63,158 bases of DNA, from positions 1 to 63,158 of the forward strand of contig JAMFRW010000348.1 of the NCBI GenBank assembly GCA_026224975.1, given 5' to 3'. Every line of letters begins with the position of its first letter. Position 1 is the stretch's first letter. Of the stretch, positions 20,170 to 29,844 are shown one piece after another. The translations under genes and the position numbers were made by a program. The stretch comes from Rhodoferax sp. GTDB lineage: Bacteria > Pseudomonadota > Gammaproteobacteria > Burkholderiales > Burkholderiaceae_C. The notes under the pieces are model-generated. The model was not told where the DNA came from and did no database searches. It saw only the letters and a program-made list of their open reading frames with translations.

Positions 20170-20820
20170 TCATGGTTTCAACGACGCCAGCACCACCCGC
20201 GTCATCTCCTCCTGCCAGCTCGCGCATTGCTCGCGCTTCATCAGGTCGTCGCCCAGAAAGGTCGAGAGCGTGTAGCGGTTGGAGAGGTAGAAGTAGCCGA
20301 GCGCGGCCATCGTGAGGTAGACCTTCTTGACCTCCAGATCGGGCCGGAAGATGCCCTGCCGCATGCCCTCTTGCAGGATGCGGTCGAGGATGTCGAGCAC
20401 CGGCCGCGATAGCTGCTTGACCTTCACCGACTTGGTGATGTGCCGCCCGCGGTGCATGTTCTCGTTGGCCAGCAAGGCCACGAACTCCGGGTGCGCGAGG
20501 TAGTAGTTCCAGGTGAAGGCGATGAGCGTGCGGAGTGCCGCTTCGGGCTCGGAGACATCGAGCGTCAACGCCGATTCGGCCGCGCCGAGCTCGGTGTAGA
20601 CGCCTTCGAGCACCTCGATGTAGAGCGCTTCCTTGCTGCCAAAGTAGTAGTAGATCATCCGGTCGCTCGACTTGGCGGCCTTGGAGATGCGGTCGACCCG
20701 CCCGCCGCTGTAGCCGTGGCGCATGAACTCGGTGCGTGCGGCGCGCAGGATGCGTGCACGTGTGAGCGCGGCGTCTCGGGTTACGGGGGGCATGCACTGT
20801 TTGCAAACATCTGGCGCCAT
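20170..20820 (-). CDS. TetR family regulator (NicS/RutR-like), divergent from the nicotinate operon
   Basis: TRARILRAA..EF..G..G.RVD.I...RMIYYYFGSKE.LY; ENMHRG; start uncertain (20820 or 20793). Confidence 0.9.
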   Translation of the reverse strand: MAPDVCKQCMPPVTRDAALTRARILRAARTEFMRHGYSGGRVDRISKAAKSSDRMIYYYFGSKEALYIEVLEGVYTELGAAESALTLDVSEPEAALRTLIAFTWNYYLAHPEFVALLANENMHRGRHITKSVKVKQLSRPVLDILDRILQEGMRQGIFRPDLEVKKVYLTMAALGYFYLSNRYTLSTFLGDDLMKREQCASWQEEMTRVVLASLKP

Positions 20821-20973
20821 GTTAGATTGACCAGCCAATGAAGTAAACACTTCATGCGGCTGGCGCGCAGATTGCTATTGGAACCAGTCTTCTGCGTGGG
20901 TCTTCGGGCCCGTGCTTTCTGCCCGTGCGCTTTGCGCACCTTTTCCGCCCGTTCTTCGCGAAAGGAATCCCGG

Positions 20974-21843
20974 TTGGCCGCTGCCCGATTCGAACGCCCC
21001 GCCTCCATCGGCGAAGCCACCGCGTTGCTCGCGGCCGGTGGCTGGTCGGTGCTCGCCGGCGGGACCGATGTGTACCCGGCGCATGTGGGCAGGCCGATGA
21101 CGGCGCCGCTGATCGACATCACCGGCATCGCGGCGTTGCGTGGCATCACACCACGGCCCTCGGCCAACAGCGATGCAGTCGACGGCTGGACCTTCGGCGC
21201 CACGACCACCTGGGCCGATGTGCAGCGCGCCGATCTGCCGCAGCTCTTCGATGCACTGCGCCAAGCCGCGCGTGAAGTCGGCGGCGTGCAGATCCAGAAC
21301 ACCGGCACGCTGGCCGGCAACCTGTGCAACGCCTCGCCCGCGGCCGATGGCACGCCGGTGTGGCTGGCACTCGGTGCGCAGGTGCTGCTGCAGAGCGCTG
21401 GTGCCGAACGCCATGCACCGGTCGAAGACTTCGTGCTCGGCAGTCGGCGCACGGGGTTGGCGCCGAATGAGTTGGTGATCGGCCTGCAGGTGCCGAAGCG
21501 CAGCGCGCGGGCGCGCTCGGTCTTTCTCAAGCTCGGCGGGCGGCGTTACCTGACGATCTCGATGACCATGGTCGCCGTGATGATCGATGCGGACGAGGTG
21601 GGCACCATCACCGCGGCGGGCGTGGCGGTCGGCAGTTGCTCGGCGCGGGCGCTGCGGCTGCCGGCGTTGGAGTGCAGGTTGATCGGCTCCGCTTGGGCCG
21701 ATCTTGCCGATGTGGTGATCGACGCTGCCGATCTGGCGCCGTTGACGCCGATCGACGATCTGCGCGCGACCGCCGGCTATCGCCTGGATGCCACGGCGAC
21801 GCTGCTGCGCCGCGCGCTTGCGTCGCTGGAGCCTTTACCGTGA
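20974..21843 (+). CDS. ndhF: Molybdenum hydroxylase FAD subunit (nicotinate dehydrogenase NdhF-like)
   Basis: LAGGTD, QIQNTGTLAGNLCNASPAAD; TTG start after AAAGGA. Confidence 0.82.
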   Translation: MAAARFERPASIGEATALLAAGGWSVLAGGTDVYPAHVGRPMTAPLIDITGIAALRGITPRPSANSDAVDGWTFGATTTWADVQRADLPQLFDALRQAAREVGGVQIQNTGTLAGNLCNASPAADGTPVWLALGAQVLLQSAGAERHAPVEDFVLGSRRTGLAPNELVIGLQVPKRSARARSVFLKLGGRRYLTISMTMVAVMIDADEVGTITAAGVAVGSCSARALRLPALECRLIGSAWADLADVVIDAADLAPLTPIDDLRATAGYRLDATATLLRRALASLEPLP

Positions 21844-24818
21844 ACCAGCGCGACCCGAATCTGGCCGAGCCGGTCGCGAGCGCCGCCTGGCAACCTGTGC
21901 GCCTGCACATCAACGGCCAGGCGCACGAGATCGCCGGCCACCCCGCCGCGCGCCTGAGCGATGTGCTGCGCGACGACCTCTGCCTCACCGGCACCAAGAT
22001 CGGCTGCCACGCCGGCGATTGCGGCGCCTGCACCGTGCTGCTCGATGGCGAACAGGTCTGCGCCTGCATCGTCGCGCTCGGCCAATGCGAAGGCCGCGCG
22101 GTGACGACGGTCGAAGGGCTGGCCAGCGCCGACGGCGAACTCTCGCCGTTGCAGCAAGCCTTCGTCGCACATGGCGCGGCGCAGTGCGGCATCTGCACGC
22201 CGGGCATGCTGATGAGCGCCGAGTCGTTGCTGCGTGCCAACCCGCGGCCGAGCGAAGCGGAAGTGCTCGATGCCATCGGCGGCGTGCTGTGCCGCTGTAC
22301 AGGCTATCGCAAGATCGTCGAGGCGGTGCTGAGCGTGGCGTCGGGCGATGCGCCGGTGGGGGTGTCGATGGCCGACATCGCGCCGGCTGCAGGGCGGGCC
22401 GTCGGTGCGCGGCTGGCGCGGCTGGATGCGCCGGCCAAGGTGCGCGGCGAGGAACGGTTTGCGGCAGATGAATGGCCAGGTGAGAGGTCGTCGCGGCCAT
22501 CGGAAGCGTCGGCCGTTGAGCAGCAGGAGCCATCGATCGTCGGCATGCTCACGATGCGCGTCATCCGCTCGCCGCACGCCCATGCGCGCTTTACCCTCGG
22601 TGACATGGCCGCCTTCGTCGCAAGCCATCCCGGCATCGTCGACGTGATCACCGCCGCCGATGTGCCGCACAACGCCTTCGCGATCTTCGCCGAGTTGCGC
22701 GATCAGCCGGTGCTCGCCGATGGCCTGGTGCGCTTCGCGGGCGAAGCGGTCGTCGCGCTGGTGGGCGAGGCCGAGGCGGTGTTCGCCGTGCCCGAGGCCG
22801 AGGTGCCGATCGCCTACCAGGTGCTGCCGGCCTTCGGTGACATGCCCGGCGCGCTGCAGGCCGCATCGCAAGGCGTGCTGCTGCAAGCCGCCTTCCCCGA
22901 CAACGTGCTGTGCCGTGGCCGCGTCGTGCGCGGTGATGTCGATGCCGCGTTCGATGAAACATCGCGCGCCCGATCACACAGCGCCGAATGCCGCTTCGAC
23001 ACCGCCTACGTCGAGCACGCTTACATCGAGCCCGAAGCCGGCTACGCGCAGTGGCTGGAGAGCGATGGCGCCGCGCCGCGCATCCGCATCTTCGCCTGCA
23101 CGCAAACGCCCTACATGGACCGCGACGAAATTGCGCATGTGATGGGCCTCGAGCGCGAGCAGGTGCACATCGTGCCGTCGGCGATCGGCGGTGGCTTCGG
23201 CGGCAAGCTCGATCTCTCGGTGCAGCCGCTGCTGGCCGTCGCCGCGCGCAAGACACGCCGCGCCGTGCGGCTGGTTTACGAACGGCCGGAGTCGATGCGC
23301 TCCAGCACCAAGCGTCACCCTTCCGACATGCGGGCGCGCGCTGCCTGCGATGCTTCTGGCCGCCTCTCGGCGTACGACTTCGAAGGCGACTTCAACACGG
23401 GGGCCTATTCGTCCTGGGGCCCGACGGTGGCCAACCGCGTGCCCATCCACGCGAGCGGCCCGTACCGCATTCCCAACGTGCGGGCGACCACACGCGCCGT
23501 GCTCACTCACAACAGCGTGGCCGGCGCCTTCCGCGGCTTCGGCGTGCCGCAGTCCACGCTGATCAACGAACGCCTGCTCGATGAATTGGCGGCACAGTGC
23601 GGCATGGATGCACTCGAGTTCCGCCACCTCAACGCGCTGCGTGCCGGCGACACCACGCCGACCGGGCAAGTGCTCGCCGCAAGCGTCGGGCTGCAGGAAT
23701 GCCTGGATGCATTGCGGCCCGCGTGGCGCCGCGCCAAGGCCGACGCGGCGGCGTTCAACGCGAACACGAGTGAAGGCTACTTGCGCCGTGGCGCCGGCAT
23801 CGCCTGCATGTGGTACGGCATCGGCAACACGGTGATCGCCAACCCCTCGGCCATGCGCGGCAGCCTGCGGCTGAGCGCGGAACGAGGCGCGCACCTCTTC
23901 CTCTACAACGGCGCGCAGGAGATCGGCCAGGGCACGGCGACCGTCATGCCGCAGATGTTTGCCGATGCGGTCGGGCTGCCGGTGGGCTGCGTCGAACAGG
24001 TGATGGGTGACACCGATTTGACGCTCGATGCCGGCAAGTCCTCGGCCTCGCGGCAGACCTTCGTCTCGGGCAACGCGGCGCGCTTTGCGGGGCAGGATTT
24101 GCGGCGGCAGATGCTGGCGGCGTTGGGTGTCGAGGCGGAACAGCGATCGCCGGGCGACGCTTCCGAATCGGCTTCCTCGACCGGCGCGACATCGACCAAG
24201 CCAAGCATCACCGCCCCCATCGACTTGAGCCTCGAAGGCCCGCACCTCATCGCCGGCAACCGCCGCATCGACTTGCGCGACCTGCCGCGCGATGCGAACG
24301 GCGATGTCTTCACTGGTCTAGGCCACTTCAACCCGCCCACCGTGCCGCTCGATGCCGACGGCCAGGGCGTGCCCTATGCGACCTTCGGCTTTGCCGCGCA
24401 GATCGCAGAACTCGAAGTCGACATCGACCTCGGCACCGTGAAGCTGCTGCGCATCCACGCCGCGCACGACGTGGGCCGCGCCATCAACCCGACACAGGTC
24501 GAGGGCCAGATCCACGGCGGCATCGCGCAGGGCATTGGCCTGGCGCTGATGGAAGAGTACGTGAACGGCCGCACCGACAACCTGCACGACTACCTGATCC
24601 CGACGGCAGGCGACGTGCCGCCCATCACCGTGCACCTGATCGAAGACCCCGAGCCGCTGGGGCCGTGGGGCGCCAAGGGCGTGGGCGAACCGGCGCTCGT
24701 CGCCACCGCGCCCGCCATCCTGAACGCGATCTTCGACGCCGTCGGCGTGCGCATGGGCCGCGTTCCGGTCACGCCGAGCCGGCTGCGTGCGGCCATGCTG
24801 AAGCGGGGTGCGCGATGA
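21840..24818 (+). CDS. Fused 2x[2Fe-2S] plus molybdopterin subunit (nicotinate dehydrogenase NdhSLM-like)
   Basis: GTKIGCHAGDCGAC, QCGICTPG, LCRCTGY; GGGFGGK, AFRGFG, GAKGVGEP; GTGA overlap; adjacent to hnr. Confidence 0.88.
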   Translation: MNQRDPNLAEPVASAAWQPVRLHINGQAHEIAGHPAARLSDVLRDDLCLTGTKIGCHAGDCGACTVLLDGEQVCACIVALGQCEGRAVTTVEGLASADGELSPLQQAFVAHGAAQCGICTPGMLMSAESLLRANPRPSEAEVLDAIGGVLCRCTGYRKIVEAVLSVASGDAPVGVSMADIAPAAGRAVGARLARLDAPAKVRGEERFAADEWPGERSSRPSEASAVEQQEPSIVGMLTMRVIRSPHAHARFTLGDMAAFVASHPGIVDVITAADVPHNAFAIFAELRDQPVLADGLVRFAGEAVVALVGEAEAVFAVPEAEVPIAYQVLPAFGDMPGALQAASQGVLLQAAFPDNVLCRGRVVRGDVDAAFDETSRARSHSAECRFDTAYVEHAYIEPEAGYAQWLESDGAAPRIRIFACTQTPYMDRDEIAHVMGLEREQVHIVPSAIGGGFGGKLDLSVQPLLAVAARKTRRAVRLVYERPESMRSSTKRHPSDMRARAACDASGRLSAYDFEGDFNTGAYSSWGPTVANRVPIHASGPYRIPNVRATTRAVLTHNSVAGAFRGFGVPQSTLINERLLDELAAQCGMDALEFRHLNALRAGDTTPTGQVLAASVGLQECLDALRPAWRRAKADAAAFNANTSEGYLRRGAGIACMWYGIGNTVIANPSAMRGSLRLSAERGAHLFLYNGAQEIGQGTATVMPQMFADAVGLPVGCVEQVMGDTDLTLDAGKSSASRQTFVSGNAARFAGQDLRRQMLAALGVEAEQRSPGDASESASSTGATSTKPSITAPIDLSLEGPHLIAGNRRIDLRDLPRDANGDVFTGLGHFNPPTVPLDADGQGVPYATFGFAAQIAELEVDIDLGTVKLLRIHAAHDVGRAINPTQVEGQIHGGIAQGIGLALMEEYVNGRTDNLHDYLIPTAGDVPPITVHLIEDPEPLGPWGAKGVGEPALVATAPAILNAIFDAVGVRMGRVPVTPSRLRAAMLKRGAR

Positions 24819-26371
24819 ACCCCGACATGCGTTCGGATGGTCAGGCCTTCTCGGATCCGACCTCACAACAGGCCACGCAACCCATCATCCTCGACCATTC
24901 CCGCGCCCCCGAGCGCATGGCCGCCGACAAGGTGCGCTGCGAAGCCTGCCCGGTGCTGTGCCAGATCAGCCCCGGCAAGCTCGGCGCCTGCGATCGGTAT
25001 GGCAACGTCGACGGCGAACTCGCGCGGCTGGACCAGCTTCACCTCGTGCGTCAGCCCGGCACGCTCCTTGTCGAATGGCCAGCCGCCAAGGAAGGATGGG
25101 ACGGCAGCCTGATCCCGGCCACGGCCGATTCGCCGCCGGTTTTCGTCTCCGGCCTCGGCGCCGGCACCACCTACCCCGACTACAAACCCGCGCCCTTCAT
25201 CATCGCCTCGAAGCATGAAGGCGTGGACATGGTGACGGTGGTCACCGAAGGCATCTTCAGCGACTGCAGCTTCAAGGTGAAGGTCAACACCGACCGCTAC
25301 CTCGGCCCCGAACAGGCCACGGTGCGGCACCAGGGCGAAGCCGTCGGCCATGTGACGACGATCGAATACGGTTCGCAGTTCCTGGCGCTCGGCGGCGTGC
25401 ACCACCTCACCGGCGGCAGCAAGCGCGAAGGCCGCGTCGCGTGCGACATGATGATGGCGCTCGGCAACCAGCGGCCAGTGGAGCTCACCATCGAAGGCGG
25501 TGCCACGCTGACGGTGCAGGCCGGCAAGCCGCCCATCGTCAACGGCGTGGAAGAGCAGCGCATGCGTGTCGGTTGCGGCTCGGCGACCATCGGCATCTTT
25601 GCGCAGCAGTGGTTCGGGCTGGCCGATGAAGTGGTGGTGATCGACGACCACATCACCGGCGTGCTGAGCGAACACCAGGCCGGCAAGTGCCTGGACATGC
25701 CGGCCTCGGGCATCCGCCTGCGCGGCCGCAAATCGACGCCCGGCCGCTACTTCCAGGTCGCCAACCCGGGCGCCGGCTGGGGCGGCACCGACATCACCGA
25801 CCCGCTCGCCATCATCGAGACCTGGGACGCGAAGCACGCCCGCCCCGGCATGCGCCTGCTGATGGTCTCGACGACCGGCGAAGACTCCGCCTGGTTCGTG
25901 CTCGACGACGCGCTCGTGCCGCAGCCGGCCGAGATGCCGCCAGCCGTGCGCCGGGTGGTGGAGCGCATCGGCGAGAACTGCGAGCCTTCGCTCACGACCG
26001 TGCTCTACGTGGCCGGTGCCGGCGGCTCGCTGCGCGCCGGCGTCACCGACAACCCGGTGCGCCTGACGAAGGCGATCAAGGACATGCTGGTCAACGTGAC
26101 CTGCGGCGGCGCGCCGGTCTATGTGTGGCCGGGCGGCGGCATCACGGTGATGGTGGACGTGAGCCGCATGCCGGCCGGAAGCTTCGGTTCGGTGCCCACG
26201 CCGGCCATCGTCTCGCCGATCGAATTCACGCTGCGGCTGGACGACTACCGCGCACTCGGCGGCCACATGGGCGCGGTGCGGCGCATCGAGGAGGTGTTGG
26301 CCAGCGGCGCCTATCGCCTGATCGATGCCAGCGCCGCCAACCCGTGGCCTTTGCTTCTTCCAAAGCCATGA
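24815..26371 (+). CDS. hnr: 6-hydroxynicotinate reductase (Fe-S flavoprotein)
   Basis: CEACPVLC...GACDRY, GTTYPDYKPAPFI, MRVGCGSA, YVWPGGGI. Confidence 0.88.
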   Translation: MNPDMRSDGQAFSDPTSQQATQPIILDHSRAPERMAADKVRCEACPVLCQISPGKLGACDRYGNVDGELARLDQLHLVRQPGTLLVEWPAAKEGWDGSLIPATADSPPVFVSGLGAGTTYPDYKPAPFIIASKHEGVDMVTVVTEGIFSDCSFKVKVNTDRYLGPEQATVRHQGEAVGHVTTIEYGSQFLALGGVHHLTGGSKREGRVACDMMMALGNQRPVELTIEGGATLTVQAGKPPIVNGVEEQRMRVGCGSATIGIFAQQWFGLADEVVVIDDHITGVLSEHQAGKCLDMPASGIRLRGRKSTPGRYFQVANPGAGWGGTDITDPLAIIETWDAKHARPGMRLLMVSTTGEDSAWFVLDDALVPQPAEMPPAVRRVVERIGENCEPSLTTVLYVAGAGGSLRAGVTDNPVRLTKAIKDMLVNVTCGGAPVYVWPGGGITVMVDVSRMPAGSFGSVPTPAIVSPIEFTLRLDDYRALGGHMGAVRRIEEVLASGAYRLIDASAANPWPLLLPKP

Positions 26372-27282
26372 CCGAGATACCCGGCGCGGCGCAATGCGGT
26401 CGCCTGTCGGACGGCCGTTGGTTCTTCCAGCATGGCCCGATCGATTGCGTGATCGGCGCCGAGGGCGAACAGCGTGCCGTGGCGCACGCGGTCGATGCCG
26501 CGTGGCGGCGCTTCGGTGGGCTGCTCGATGAACTGGTGGCCGAGTTGCCGCTGCTGCGCGCCGACCTCAGCGCGCCCGAGGCGCACCTGATCGCACCCAA
26601 CGGCCCGGTCGCCTGCCGCATGGTCGCTGCCTGCCGCGCGCACGCGCTCTCCGGCCGCTTCATCACCGCGATGGCTTCGGTGGCCGGCAGCGTGGCGCAG
26701 GAGCTGATCGGCTTCTTCGATCGGCCCGGCATCCAGCGTGCGCATGTGAACAACGGCGGCGACATCGCCTTGCACCTCACGCCCGGCACCTGGTTCGACA
26801 TCGGTCTCGTCACCGACCCCGATTCGCGCAGCGGGCTCGACGGCCGTTTCCGCATCCATGCCGAATCGCTCATCCGCGGCGTGGCGACCTCGGGCTGGCG
26901 CGGCCGAAGCCTCTCGCTCGGCATCGCCGACAGCGTGACCGTGCTCGCCGCCACCGCTGCGCAGGCCGATGCTGCGGCCACCGTGATCGCCAACGCCGTG
27001 AACGTGGACGATGCCCGCGTGCAGCGCGCGCCGGCAAACCGCATACGCGATGACAGCGATCTTGGCGATCGGCTCGCGACCTGCGCGGTCGCCACCTTGC
27101 CGGCGGAACTGGTGGCGCAGGCGCTGGCCGCAGGCACCGTCCAAGCCGATCACGAGATCGCCGCAGGTCATGTGCTGGCCGCGGCCCTGTGCCTGCAAGG
27201 GCGGGTGCGGTTGTGCGGCGCGGTGCTGGCCTTGGCGCCGCCCGAGGCCAGCACCCCCCTTCCCACGGCGCGATCCTCGTAA
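26368..27282 (+). CDS. UPF0280/ApbE-superfamily protein (putative flavin transferase)
   Basis: QHGPID, MA.VAG, VNNGGDIA, ATSGWRGRSLSLGIADSVTV. Confidence 0.85.
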   Translation: MTEIPGAAQCGRLSDGRWFFQHGPIDCVIGAEGEQRAVAHAVDAAWRRFGGLLDELVAELPLLRADLSAPEAHLIAPNGPVACRMVAACRAHALSGRFITAMASVAGSVAQELIGFFDRPGIQRAHVNNGGDIALHLTPGTWFDIGLVTDPDSRSGLDGRFRIHAESLIRGVATSGWRGRSLSLGIADSVTVLAATAAQADAAATVIANAVNVDDARVQRAPANRIRDDSDLGDRLATCAVATLPAELVAQALAAGTVQADHEIAAGHVLAAALCLQGRVRLCGAVLALAPPEASTPLPTARSS

Positions 27283-27318
27283 ACCGGCCCCTGCCGCACT
27301 GACTTTCACGGAGCCACC

Positions 27319-27924
27319 ATGCTGTATTCCCCCCAAGACAAGCTCCCCGGCGTCGACGTGCGCAAGCTCGTGCTCGGCGTCGAAGACGTGTGGCGCGATG
27401 GCGGGCCGCGCGCGGCGCAGCCCTTGCAGCGCGGCAGCATCGCGGCGCTCGTGCGCAACCCGTATGCCGGGCGCTATGTGGAAGACATCCAGCCGATGAT
27501 GGAGGCGCTCAAGCCGCTGGGCCGCGAGATGGCATTGCGCCTGGTCACCGCGCTCGGCGGGCCGGGCCGCATCGAAGGCTACGGCAAGGGCGCGATGATC
27601 GGCCTGGCGGGTGAGCTGGAGCACGGCGCGCTGTGGCATGTGCCCGGCGGCTACGGCATGCGCGACCTGCTCGAAGGCTCGCACGCCATCGTGCCTTCCA
27701 CCACCAAGGTCGGCGCGGCCGGCGCCAGCATCGACATCCCCATCCACCACCGCGTGGCCGCTTATGTGCGCAGCCATTTCGATTCGGTCGAGGTGCGCGT
27801 GCCCGATGGCCCGCAACCCGACGAGATGCTGCTGGTGATCGCGATGACCACCGGGCCGCGGCTGCATGCGCGCGTCGGCGGGCTGGCGGCGAGCGAGATC
27901 AGCAAGCTCGACGGGCAGCGGTGA
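27319..27924 (+). CDS. DUF1185 ('amino acid synthesis') family protein
   Basis: NPYAGRY, YGKGA.IG..GELEHGA, YVRSHFD, HARVGG. Confidence 0.85.
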   Translation: MLYSPQDKLPGVDVRKLVLGVEDVWRDGGPRAAQPLQRGSIAALVRNPYAGRYVEDIQPMMEALKPLGREMALRLVTALGGPGRIEGYGKGAMIGLAGELEHGALWHVPGGYGMRDLLEGSHAIVPSTTKVGAAGASIDIPIHHRVAAYVRSHFDSVEVRVPDGPQPDEMLLVIAMTTGPRLHARVGGLAASEISKLDGQR

Positions 27925-28601
27925 TGGTGATGAAGCCCGATGCCCACAGCGCGCTCATCGTCGTCGATGTGCAGAACGGCTTTTGCAACGGCGGTGGCCT
28001 CGCCGTGGCAGATGGCGAAGCCGTCGTGCCGGTCATCAACGCATTGGCTGCAGCCTTCGACAACGTGGTGCTGACGCAAGACTGGCACCCGGCCGGCCAC
28101 CTGTCGTTTGCGTCTTCGCATGCCGGCAAGCAGCCCTTCGAGACCACCACGCTGGCCTATGGCGAACAGGTGCTCTGGCCCGACCACTGCGTGCAGGGCA
28201 CGCAAGACGCCGCGCTGCACCCGGACCTCGCCATCCCGCACGCCCAGCTCATCATCCGCAAGGGCTACCACCGCGAGATCGACAGCTACTCCGCCTTCAT
28301 GGAAGCCGATGGCCAAACGCCGACGGGCCTCACCGGCTACCTGCAACTGCGCGGCATCACCGGCGTTTACGTGTGCGGCCTGGCGACCGACTTCTGCGTG
28401 GCCTACACCGCGCTCGATGCGCGCGCCGCGGGCTTCGAGGTCACCGTGATCGAAGACGCCTGCCGCGCCATCGACATGAACGGCTCGCTCGCCGCAGCCT
28501 GGCAGCAGATGGTGGCAGCCGGTGTCGGCCGCATGTGGTCTGTGGACATAACCACTTCCGCTGACCATCTTGCTCAGGCTGACCAACCCCGCTCAGGCTG
28601 A
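27924..28601 (+). CDS. pncA: Nicotinamidase/pyrazinamidase
   Basis: VVDVQNGF, TQDWHP, WPDHCVQG, RKG..DSYSAF, GLATDFCV. Confidence 0.95.
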   Translation: MVMKPDAHSALIVVDVQNGFCNGGGLAVADGEAVVPVINALAAAFDNVVLTQDWHPAGHLSFASSHAGKQPFETTTLAYGEQVLWPDHCVQGTQDAALHPDLAIPHAQLIIRKGYHREIDSYSAFMEADGQTPTGLTGYLQLRGITGVYVCGLATDFCVAYTALDARAAGFEVTVIEDACRAIDMNGSLAAAWQQMVAAGVGRMWSVDITTSADHLAQADQPRSG

Positions 28602-28615
28602 GCCTGTCGAAGCCC
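28589..28615 (+). repeat. REP-like unit (GCTGAGCCTGTCGAAG family)
   Basis: CCGCTCAGGCTGAGCCTGTCGAAGCCC matches 50610-50636 at 26/27 nt; contains the pncA stop codon. Confidence 0.8.
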
Positions 28616-28650
28616 CGAACCGATCCACTGTTTCACCCCGGAGATCCTTC

Positions 28651-29844
28651 ATGCTCATCAAACCCCTGGCCATCGCCGCCCTCGTCCTGCTCGGCGCTTC
28701 GACAGCGCACGCGCAAGACACCATCAAGATCGGCGAGATCAACAGCTACAAGGGCCAGCCGGCCTTTCTGGAGCCGTACAAGAAGGGCTGGGAGCTGGCG
28801 GTCGAAGAAGTCAACGCGTCAGGCGGTGTGCTCGGCAAGAAGATCCAGGTCGTCTCGCGTGACGACAACGGCACGCCGGGCGATGCGGTGCGCGTGGCCG
28901 AAGAGCTGGTCTCGCGCGAAAACGTGGCGGTGATCGCGGGCACGTTTCTCTCGAACACCGGCCTCGCTGTGACCGACTTCGCCAAGCAGCGCAAGGTGTT
29001 CTTCCTGGCCGCCGAGCCGCTCACCGACAAGATCACCTGGCAGAACGGCAACCGCTACACCTTCCGCCTGCGGCCCAACACCTACATGCAGTCGGCCATG
29101 CTGGTGCCCGAGGCCGCCAAGCTGAAGAAGAAGCGCTGGGCGCTGGTCTACCCCAACTACGAATACGGCCAGTCGGCCGCGGCCACCTTCAAGCTGATGC
29201 TGAAGAAGTTGCAGCCCGATGTGGAGTTCGTGGCCGAGCAGGCCTCGCCGCTCGGCCGAATCGATGCCGGCGCGGTGACGCAGGCACTCGCCGATGCCAA
29301 GCCGGATGCGATCTTCAACGTGCTCTTCGGCGCCGACCTGGCCAAGTTCGTGCGTGAGGGCACGACGCGCGGGCTCTTCAAGGGCCGCGAGGTGGTGAGC
29401 CTCTTGACCGGCGAACCCGAATACATCGAGCCGCTGAAAGAGGAAGCGCCGGTCGGCTGGATCGTCACCGGCTACCCGTACTACGGCATCCAGACCGATG
29501 AACACAAGAAGTTCTTCCTGGCCTATTTCCGCAAGTACAACGAGTATCCCAAGCTCGGCTCGGTGGTCGGCTATTCGACCATCCTGTCACTCGCCGAAGG
29601 CATGAAAAAGGCCAAGTCCGTCGAGACCGAAAAACTCATCGCCGCCTTCGAAGGCCTCACGCTGATGACGCCGCTGGGCAAGGTCAGCTACCGCAAGATC
29701 GATCACCAGTCGACCATGGGCGCCTACCTGGGCAAGACCAAGCTGGAAGGCAACAAGGGTGTGATGACGGACAATGTTTATCTGGACGGCGCGAAGTATT
29801 TACCGGGTGATGACGAGGTGAAGAAGCTGCGCGCGCCGGATTGA
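28651..29844 (+). CDS. HAAT/Liv-type ABC substrate-binding protein (probably nicotinate/nicotinamide)
   Basis: Signal peptide AHA|QD; IKIGEINSY; VNASGGVLGKKI. Confidence 0.9.
   Translation: MLIKPLAIAALVLLGASTAHAQDTIKIGEINSYKGQPAFLEPYKKGWELAVEEVNASGGVLGKKIQVVSRDDNGTPGDAVRVAEELVSRENVAVIAGTFLSNTGLAVTDFAKQRKVFFLAAEPLTDKITWQNGNRYTFRLRPNTYMQSAMLVPEAAKLKKKRWALVYPNYEYGQSAAATFKLMLKKLQPDVEFVAEQASPLGRIDAGAVTQALADAKPDAIFNVLFGADLAKFVREGTTRGLFKGREVVSLLTGEPEYIEPLKEEAPVGWIVTGYPYYGIQTDEHKKFFLAYFRKYNEYPKLGSVVGYSTILSLAEGMKKAKSVETEKLIAAFEGLTLMTPLGKVSYRKIDHQSTMGAYLGKTKLEGNKGVMTDNVYLDGAKYLPGDDEVKKLRAPD

Noticed and set aside
20974-24818. Aerobic CO dehydrogenase or xanthine dehydrogenase
   Set aside because: Lacks the AYxCSFR CODH motif, and the neighbours (hnr, pncA, pncB) point to nicotinate
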